Of a stretch of DNA of 64,000 nucleotides, positions 1-6,587 are shown one piece after another. Positions within the stretch are counted from its first letter, which is position 1, and the number at the start of each line of letters is the position of its first letter. A model generated the notes under the pieces. The model was given only the letters and a program-made list of their open reading frames with translations. It searched no databases and was not told the origin of the DNA. The position numbers and the translations under genes are program-made. The stretch covers positions 640,001 through 704,000 of the forward strand of contig OZ244651.1 in assembly GCA_965218695.1 (NCBI GenBank), given 5' to 3'. The DNA is from Nitrosopumilus sp. (GTDB lineage Archaea; Thermoproteota; Nitrososphaeria; Nitrososphaerales; Nitrosopumilaceae).

Positions 1-1
1 C

Positions 2-133
2 AATACCGGCGTCTGGCACGTCTGCAAGGAGTGCTATACGGCCGGATGGTGCTATCGTTGTGGACGGCACAAGATGACTTTGAAGGGTGAATGGTGCAAG
101 AACTGCAAGAAGCAGGTTTACGGCCGGGTCTAA
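2..133 (+). CDS. Cys-rich zinc-binding microprotein (5' end outside window)
   Basis: Hand translation NTGVWHVCKECYTAGWCYRCGRHKMTLKGEWCKNCKKQVYGRV*; paralog of 165..332. Confidence 0.7.
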   Translation, partial: NTGVWHVCKECYTAGWCYRCGRHKMTLKGEWCKNCKKQVYGRV

Positions 134-164
134 AGTCCTTTTATCATTATCATGTCATTTGGAC

Positions 165-332
165 ATGGCCAAGTGCATAAGGTGCAGCAATACTATCACG
201 AACGGCGGCATGTGGCATATCTGCCACGAATGCTATGCGGCCGGATGGTGCTATGACTGCGGGAAAAACCAGCGGTCCGGCGGCAACGCCTACTGTGCCA
301 AATGCGGCAAGAGGTATTCGGGCCAAGACTGA
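165..332 (+). CDS. Cys-rich zinc-binding microprotein, 55 aa, four CxxC
   Basis: MAKCIRC...ICHECYAAGWCYDCGKN...CAKCG; TTTTA box 26 nt upstream of ATG. Confidence 0.75.
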   Translation: MAKCIRCSNTITNGGMWHICHECYAAGWCYDCGKNQRSGGNAYCAKCGKRYSGQD

Positions 333-407
333 CCTAATCAAGCCGGCGGTTTTTATCATTTCCATGACTGCCAGACATGGGCATCAGGCGGGTTCCACGA
401 CAACGAC

Positions 408-575
408 ATGGAAGCCGGGATCATCGAGGACAGGTGTCCCGCATGCGGCGCGTCCATGAAGAGGGTGCGGTGCAACGGGTGCGACGGCGCGGCGATTTGT
501 TGCCAGAAATGCGGCTACGTCGACAAGTCACACGTCGCGAACAGGCCGGATGCGTTGTACCGTTTTCAGGCATGA
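408..575 (+). CDS. Zn-ribbon microprotein, 55 aa
   Basis: Hand translation MEAGIIEDRCPACGASMKRVRCNGCDGAAICCQKCGYVD...; below ORF-track cutoff. Confidence 0.55.
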   Translation: MEAGIIEDRCPACGASMKRVRCNGCDGAAICCQKCGYVDKSHVANRPDALYRFQA

Positions 576-747
576 ATGCAACCGGGTGCGCCTGAGTACT
601 GGCTCGTGTACAGTCAGCCCAGTTGCTGGCAGACATGGCAATTACCACTGAATGTGATGAATTTGTCACATTCAGCGGCAATCAGGCAGCCATATCGGAT
701 TCGGTCCGGATGCGTTGTCAACTGGCACGACTGTCCAAACACCGACC

Positions 748-1068
748 TCACGCGGCCGCTTTTTTGACGACGAACTCAAAATATCCCTCGCGGCAATAAT
801 ACCCGGCACAGCACGTCTCCTCTGGGCAGTTTATGATGCCTATGATCCATATCGGCTTGCCGGCCACGTTAACCACCGTGTGCTTGTCGTTTAGCTCCAC
901 AGGCGGGCCGCACCTCGGGCACGCCAGCACGAACGTGGCGTAATCCATTTTTCCTTCAGGACCGATCCAGGGCGCGTGCTTCTGTCGCTGCCAGAACGTG
1001 CATTCGCCTGGCTTCGGTTTGGACCATTTTTTGTCGACCAACACAAGGCCCGGTTTCTGTTTTCTCAT
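748..1068 (-). CDS. Hypothetical Cys-containing protein, loosely DUF6527-like
   Basis: ACPRCG...INCPEETC..YY.REG pattern; TATA box 27 nt upstream. Confidence 0.6.
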   Translation of the reverse strand: MRKQKPGLVLVDKKWSKPKPGECTFWQRQKHAPWIGPEGKMDYATFVLACPRCGPPVELNDKHTVVNVAGKPIWIIGIINCPEETCCAGYYCREGYFEFVVKKAAA

Positions 1069-1149
1069 GGAACAACGGGCTGAATTCTATAAAAAGGGAG
1101 TTATAGCGTGCCCGCTATACTGCTTTTATGCTGAACGGTTCTTGGCAGC

Positions 1150-1371
1150 GTGGGGATGCACGTCAAGAAGATAAAGAAGAAACAGTACCTGTATTTCACT
1201 GAGATGCAGAACGGCAAAAAAGTGGAGACGTACTGCGGCTCGGTCGAGAATCCGGCCTCCAGGCTTAAGGCGCTGTCGCTGGAAAAGAAGAGACTGGAAA
1301 GGAAACAACAGGAGGATCTGGCCAACCTGGAGGCCATCCAACTGCAGTTGGGGCCGATGACCGTTTCCTAG
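1150..1371 (+). CDS. Small basic DNA-binding protein of archaeal virus/plasmid type, with coiled coil
   Basis: KKIKKKQYLYF...GKKVETYCG resembles the SSV1 D-335-like/integrative-element motif. Confidence 0.6.
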   Translation: MGMHVKKIKKKQYLYFTEMQNGKKVETYCGSVENPASRLKALSLEKKRLERKQQEDLANLEAIQLQLGPMTVS

Positions 1372-1401
1372 CCTCTTTTAAGTAGGGCTGCCATGGAATG
1401 C

Positions 1402-2199
1402 GTGTCCGAGTATTACACGGAGGGCGAAGAGTCCGGCGGCAAAAAAAAGTACGTCATATTGGGCGCGGTTGGAGCTGCAGGCGTGGTTGCGGCATTGCTG
1501 GTGTTTTCCGGAATTTTGGATATCATGGTGAATGATGAGCCAGTCGGGGTGCCGGAGATTGACGAAGACAGGCTGTCCGTGTTTACCGACCTACCTGAGA
1601 TAATGGACGGGTTGGAGGTGCCGGAGATTGAGGTTGTCCCAGTACAGGAGGAGGAAGAGGGTGACGGCGACACCGGACTGGTTCCTGCAGAAACAGAGGT
1701 GATTGAGGACGCGCAGGAAGGCGACGTCCAAAGCCTTGCGGAACTGGCGATGGACCTGCTTGTTGACACGCAGGAGGAATACGGATTTGTCAACGAGCCT
1801 GCCGACGACAGCGGCCTGACCATGGAGGACATACTGGGCGCGGATCCGCCGGACCCGGAGGACGTGGCAGAACCCGGCGCCGACATACTTGAAAAGGTCG
1901 AGGAGTTCAAGAAGATACACGCAGAGCCGGTCCCTGATGGCGCGACGTCAGGCACCGTGACGTGGGTGCTTACAGGAAACACCATCAACATAAACGAAGT
2001 AATTATACACCTGGCCGGGGTGCGCGCAGGCGGTGTGGGCGACAGGGACGATCTGATGCGGGAATGCCCGCGCGACACGCTGGTGCTGTACACGCTTGAC
2101 GGGAGGACGGATTCAGACGGCAATCTGTATGGAAAGGCCTGGTGCTACGGGTATACCCCGACCCAACCAGAGACCAGCGTAAATAATATCCTCAAATGA
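1402..2199 (+). CDS. Membrane-anchored acidic protein with degenerate C-terminal thermonuclease (SNase)-like domain
   Basis: N-terminal TM helix, D/E-rich linker, GTVTWVLTGNTI...HLAGV...CP...D..GNLYGKAWC; GTG 26 nt after TATA (ATG 1393 is the alternative start). Confidence 0.7.
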   Translation: MSEYYTEGEESGGKKKYVILGAVGAAGVVAALLVFSGILDIMVNDEPVGVPEIDEDRLSVFTDLPEIMDGLEVPEIEVVPVQEEEEGDGDTGLVPAETEVIEDAQEGDVQSLAELAMDLLVDTQEEYGFVNEPADDSGLTMEDILGADPPDPEDVAEPGADILEKVEEFKKIHAEPVPDGATSGTVTWVLTGNTININEVIIHLAGVRAGGVGDRDDLMRECPRDTLVLYTLDGRTDSDGNLYGKAWCYGYTPTQPETSVNNILK

Positions 2200-2292
2200 T
2201 TGCCCGCGCGACACGCCGCGCGCACAGTCTTGGCATGTTTGGACTTGCGGCCAAGACTTTGCTCCTTTTACGTGCCACAAGGTAGCAGTACG

Positions 2293-2472
2293 ATGTCAAA
2301 AGACGACAGGGAGAGGCTGGTCGAACTGCAAAACTTCCTAGCCGGCCTTCAAGAAAAGATTAACAAGTACAGCGGGGACCCGACGAAAAAGAAGGACCTT
2401 TACCTTGCCAAGAGTATGGCGCGAAAATGCAGAAACGAGATCAACGAATTGCACAAAAAACTTGGATACTAA
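2293..2472 (+). CDS. Small coiled-coil hypothetical protein
   Basis: MSKDDRERLVELQ...; TATA box 27 nt upstream. Confidence 0.6.
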   Translation: MSKDDRERLVELQNFLAGLQEKINKYSGDPTKKKDLYLAKSMARKCRNEINELHKKLGY

Positions 2473-2645
2473 TCTTCACACACATTGATCCCGTGCTCGT
2501 ACTCGATGGCGTACAAGCCGTATGACAGGCAGTCCAGCATGACGGCTATCCTTTTCCTGTGTTCGGCAGTGTCCGGATCTGGATCCTTTTCCCCGGACTG
2601 CCGCATGTATTCGGCGCCGCGCAGCAGCTCTTTACAGTAATTCAT
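2469..2645 (-). CDS. Small hypothetical protein
   Basis: MNYCKELLRG...; TATA-like box ~27 nt upstream. Confidence 0.5.
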   Translation of the reverse strand: MNYCKELLRGAEYMRQSGEKDPDPDTAEHRKRIAVMLDCLSYGLYAIEYEHGINVCED

Positions 2646-2686
2646 GACATGGTAATGGCAAAGTGGGATAAATGGATTCTGCGTGA

Positions 2687-3244
2687 TCAACCCAGAATGT
2701 TCATTATTCTGGCATGGACGTCTTCTGTCGTGCCCGTCGCGTCCACGACGCGCCATCTTCTCTTTTCTGCCATGGAACGGTACACCTCACTTACCCTGCT
2801 GAGGAAGGCAAGATCGGACTCAAACACGTCGCGGTCCTTTTTTCTCCGCCTGAACGACTCTTCTGGCGGGATGTCCAGCAGTATGACGATATCGGCCTTG
2901 GGCATGCCGTCGTCCAGGTTTTCCAGCCACGCCTTGGGCATGCCGTTTACCATACCGTACACGAGGTTGGACTGGACGTAACGGTTCATTACGAGCACAT
3001 CGTGTTTTGCATGCCTGATGCCGTGCACGGCCTCCCAGTGGTTCGCGGTCATCAGGCAGTGCAGTACCTGCGGCGCAACGTAGCCGCCTGCCAGGATTTC
3101 ACCGATGACGCCACCGATCCGCGTAGTATAATCTGGAAAGTCAAACCGCCTGACTGTCTTCCCCGCGTCTTTCAGGGCGCGCTCCAGCATGATCGACTGC
3201 GTCTTCTTGCCTGCCTGGTCCACTCCCTCGATTACGATGATCAA
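2687..3244 (-). CDS. tmk: Thymidylate (dTMP) kinase
   Basis: IIVIEGVDQAGKKTQ P-loop, FPDY, MNRY..SNLVYG, LDIPPEES; TTG start inferred from TATA spacing (ATG 3268 is the alternative). Confidence 0.92.
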   Translation of the reverse strand: MIIVIEGVDQAGKKTQSIMLERALKDAGKTVRRFDFPDYTTRIGGVIGEILAGGYVAPQVLHCLMTANHWEAVHGIRHAKHDVLVMNRYVQSNLVYGMVNGMPKAWLENLDDGMPKADIVILLDIPPEESFRRRKKDRDVFESDLAFLSRVSEVYRSMAEKRRWRVVDATGTTEDVHARIMNILG

Positions 3245-3304
3245 CGGGATTGATGGAATGGTTGGCATAAAAGGAAACCCAACTCCTTGTACCAAAATGC
3301 CGCT

Positions 3305-3553
3305 ATGAAAAACAAATGCAACTGCAGGCCGTGCTCTGACACGTCTGGCAAAAACAAAACGCGCGCGTGCGGCATGTGCGGCGGGACGATGAAGAACGTC
3401 CAGGTCGTGTGTTACAACGAAAACTCCAACGTCATAGGGCAGCAATGGGTTACCAAGAGAGGCGATCCACGGACGTCGAACCACGGTTGGTCACAAATGC
3501 GGCGGCGAATGCATGGTCTAGCATGCAAGAATTCTCCCTTTTTACGTGGATGA
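3305..3553 (+). CDS. Zn-ribbon hypothetical protein
   Basis: CNCRPC and CGMCGG motifs. Confidence 0.45.
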   Translation: MKNKCNCRPCSDTSGKNKTRACGMCGGTMKNVQVVCYNENSNVIGQQWVTKRGDPRTSNHGWSQMRRRMHGLACKNSPFLRG

Positions 3554-3565
3554 TCCCTCGGCATC

Positions 3566-3760
3566 ATGCCAAAATACAACGTGACTGTCCAACTGTCAGG
3601 CATAAACGGCAACGCCATCGCAACGCTCAACGCCGTCAGTCGGGGGCTGAAAAGGGCAGGCGTGCAGCAGTCAGAGATAGACAAGTTTCAGAGTGAAGCC
3701 ACGTCCGGCGACTATGACCGCGTGATCCAGACGGCCATGAAATGGGTCAACGTGGCATAG
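3566..3760 (+). CDS. Small conserved phage/mobile-element-type protein
   Basis: V.V.L.G.NGNA...V...LKRAG...F..EA.SGDY motif, recognised from small phage/ICE hypotheticals. Confidence 0.7.
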   Translation: MPKYNVTVQLSGINGNAIATLNAVSRGLKRAGVQQSEIDKFQSEATSGDYDRVIQTAMKWVNVA

Positions 3761-3793
3761 CCACTTTTTTACGGAAGGAACCGACAAAGCCAT

Positions 3794-4042
3794 ATGTGGA
3801 TTTTCCACAAACCATCCATGGCCATAAAGGCAGACGTATTGGAGGACAAAATTGAGAACGAGGAACCTGAAACCACCACCGATGTCGAGCACCTGGTGTG
3901 GAAATTCCTGACGCGCACCCCCGAAAATGAAAGGGAGGTACGGTTGCTGGTAGAGCGTATCAAGGCCAAGCTGCTGCTGGAGAACAAAATCGTCGAGTCC
4001 AAATACACGATGTTTGAGCTGTGGCAGCAGTCGAGACGATGA
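3794..4042 (+). CDS. Hypothetical protein
   Basis: Open frame with TATA box 27 nt upstream. Confidence 0.55.
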   Translation: MWIFHKPSMAIKADVLEDKIENEEPETTTDVEHLVWKFLTRTPENEREVRLLVERIKAKLLLENKIVESKYTMFELWQQSRR

Positions 4043-4310
4043 GGCCGTTTTAAGCAAAAAACATCCCATAGTCCATGAGTGAATGCGCCTGCCACACCCC
4101 GACGCCGGTGTTGGACGAGGTAGCAGGAGAAACCGTCTGTTCCAAATGCGCGCGCGTGCTGGATGATTCAATGGAACAACCATGCAAGAACCAGGGCCAG
4201 AACCACATGGTGCTTGGAAACCGCGTGTCATCCACGAAAATACAGGGAAACGCCAAGATGCGGCGCGCCAGCAGATGTCCAACAGGGTCGACCAAAAAGG
4301 AATGGACACG

Positions 4311-5483
4311 AGACATAATCCGTAATTAGAAATTGTACATATTTTCCTATACTGTGTAGGTTTTTTGACTCCTATCAGGTTGCTTCCCGGACTAGGAGAA
4401 CCCTGAGGTTGGCAAATCCGCAGACGATGTCATTGACGGTGTCGTATTTTTTCAGGCGGTTTCGGTAGACACCGCTCATTATGCGAAACCGTTTGACCCT
4501 GCGGATGGCGTGCTCCACATACACCCGTGCCTTTGAGTGCTTTTTGTTGAATTCCTTCTGCTCGGGGGACAATTCTGCGCCTTTTTGCTTCTTGTACGGC
4601 ACTACTGCATCCCGGTCAGGAAATTCTTTGTTGATCCCCTGGTATCCGTTGTCCAGGATCTCTCTGACTTTGATCCTTTCCTTGTCCTTGCTCCCGTCCT
4701 TGCGTGGAAGGTTGTCAGGGAATGTCGGGTGTTTCTTTTTGAATACTGCAAAGTCGTGGATCCTGCCCGGGGAATGCCGGGTCTTGTGAATGATGAGGCC
4801 ATCTGTGGCCGACGTGTACTGGATCTTGGACGTGTGCCTGTGTGCCTTGCCCGAGTAGTGGGACCGTTCCATGTCCTTGCGTCCGGGACGTTGTATCTGC
4901 TGCTCTGAGGCATCAATCAGGGCAGTCAGGCCCGGAATGATCTCCTCAAGATCGTCAAGCGTCTTGGTGGCCTTGATGTTGGCGTAGATCTTTGACGGAA
5001 GCGGAACGCACTGCCGGATCGACGGCTCCAGTGCCCCCATGCTGCGGGACACGCTAGCCTGGCCCATCTGAAACACCATGGCAAGAAGATCCTGCGTAGC
5101 GTATGTCCTGTAATAAAACAGGACCAGAAGAAACCTGTTTTTCAGATCCAGTTTCCACCTGCGTCCGGCACCAATGCCGCGCACCCTGCTTCTTTTGGCG
5201 AGTCGCTTTTGCTCTGCCTTGGGGTATTTTTTTGCCAGCCGCCCTGCCACCAAATTAAATTCGGAGACTGTCAGTCCAGTGCACCGGATGAACAGTTTGG
5301 GCTTTTTTGCTAATTTGTCGTATAATGACATGCTTTGACATTGGCAATCAGAATAAAACACGGCTGACGTATAGTTTTGATCATCGGGCAAGTTCGAATT
5401 GACATGCAATTCCATGCAGTCAGCCAGATTTGTCCTGCAATGCGTCCAATCTCGTGATTATGCCCAATTACGGATGATGTCTC
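4311..5483 (-). mobile_element. IS5-family (ISL2/IS702-like) element, copy 1
   Basis: TIR (G)AGACATAATCCGTAATT / AATTACGGATGATGTCTC; 2-bp CG duplication; near-identical to 61253-62425. Confidence 0.92.
4375..5331 (-). CDS. IS5-family transposase (HTH_Tnp_4 + DDE_Tnp_4)
   Basis: LIDASE, ILDNGYQG, RVYVEHAIRRVKRF triad. Confidence 0.92.
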   Translation of the reverse strand: MSLYDKLAKKPKLFIRCTGLTVSEFNLVAGRLAKKYPKAEQKRLAKRSRVRGIGAGRRWKLDLKNRFLLVLFYYRTYATQDLLAMVFQMGQASVSRSMGALEPSIRQCVPLPSKIYANIKATKTLDDLEEIIPGLTALIDASEQQIQRPGRKDMERSHYSGKAHRHTSKIQYTSATDGLIIHKTRHSPGRIHDFAVFKKKHPTFPDNLPRKDGSKDKERIKVREILDNGYQGINKEFPDRDAVVPYKKQKGAELSPEQKEFNKKHSKARVYVEHAIRRVKRFRIMSGVYRNRLKKYDTVNDIVCGFANLRVLLVREAT

Positions 5484-6123
5484 CGGACTACATGATAAAA
5501 TCATGCTGCAACAAACTCTGGATTCCACAGACGGTAGCGGACCGCGCCATGATCATATTTGACAAGTTCAGGAAGAGTCTTGGCGGCGGAAACCCGGCCA
5601 ACCATACAGCGGCTGTCGTATACATGGCGTGTAGGGAGCGCGGCGTGGCGCGCAGCATGAAGGAGATATTTTCGGCACTTGACGCAGATTCCAAGAAGGC
5701 CCGCCGCGCGTATTACAAGCTGCACAAATCAATGGATGCTGTCTTGCCGGTCCCAGATGCGGCCGGTTTTGCCACGCGTTTGGCATCAGACCTCAACTTA
5801 CCAGAAAAGACGGCGCGCAGGGCGTTAAAGATACTGGAACGGTTGAACGATGCGGGCTTGACGACCGGACACGGTCCAACCATACTGGCCGCGTACGCCA
5901 CGTATGCCGCATTGAACCGGACAGAGGGCGTCACGCAAGGAATGATAGTCAAGGCGGCCGGGATATCCGAAGCTGTGCTGCGTGAGCTGGGCGTGGCAGT
6001 CAGGGCCGATGAGTTTGCAGTCAGGATGAACGCGACAGGTTCAGTCAGGTGAAATTTGTCTGAAATGTCGGAAAGAAAAAGAAGGATTTGCCCTTTATAC
6101 CGTTTTCATTTCTTATGCGTACA

Positions 6124-6255
6124 ATGAATGACGTCTGCGTGCCTGCAAACCCACTATGCACATCTTTGGATCCTGTGCGCATGACCAAAAAGATCCCCCC
6201 ACCCGGGGCGGGAATAATCAACGCTGAACGGCCGGAGGCCGCGCCGCGATGTTAG
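6124..6255 (+). CDS. Short leader ORF (43 aa) overlapping the pilin-like start
   Basis: MND...RPEAAPRC*; positional homolog 61149..61247 (MNG...HPEAAP*) behind the same promoter motif. Confidence 0.4.
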   Translation: MNDVCVPANPLCTSLDPVRMTKKIPPPGAGIINAERPEAAPRC

Positions 6256-6587
6256 TGTCCGGCATAGTCATAATCGTCCTGGTCGTGGCAGGCGCGGCAG
6301 TGATGTTCTTCTTGACAGAATCAAACAACCAGACCATAGCAGCGGGTACCATAATCGCCATACATGACAACGAGCGCGTCAAGGAAGACGTGGACATCGT
6401 GTGGGGCGGCCAGGACTTGAAGATGCACAACGCCGGGCCTGAGACGGAGATACTTGAATACCGCGTGCTTGATGATGACGGCACCCTACTTCGCGTCTGT
6501 ACGGTCGAACATGAGGTGGGAGCGTCCGTGAAAGAGACGGTCAATACGGCGGCATTCGACGAATGCTGGCAGGAGTTTTTGACATGA
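6249..6587 (+). CDS. Archaeal type IV pilin-like small protein
   Basis: N-terminal hydrophobic helix, amphipathic helix ending ERVKE, small beta domain with two Cys; no clear class III cleavage site. Confidence 0.6.
   Translation: MLVSGIVIIVLVVAGAAVMFFLTESNNQTIAAGTIIAIHDNERVKEDVDIVWGGQDLKMHNAGPETEILEYRVLDDDGTLLRVCTVEHEVGASVKETVNTAAFDECWQEFLT

Larger units (their letters stand above)
4075..6052 (+). pseudogene. tfb: Divergent transcription factor B (TFB), split by an IS and apparently carrying a 1-nt frameshift near 4265
   Basis: Zn ribbon (CACH...DEVAGETVCSKCARV) at 4075-4310; two cyclin repeats (AAVVYMACRERGVARSMKEI; RLASDLNL...G..P..LAA.A.Y) at 5484-6052. Confidence 0.85.

Noticed and set aside
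648-675. Perfect 10-bp inverted repeat CTGAATGTGA/TCACATTCAG
   Set aside because: Single occurrence; it could be an operator or hairpin but has no independent support.
5399-5473. Shared N-terminus MTCNSMQSARF... of ORFs 5399 and 62341 as a protein domain
   Set aside because: It is translated IS end sequence, not part of the native genes.
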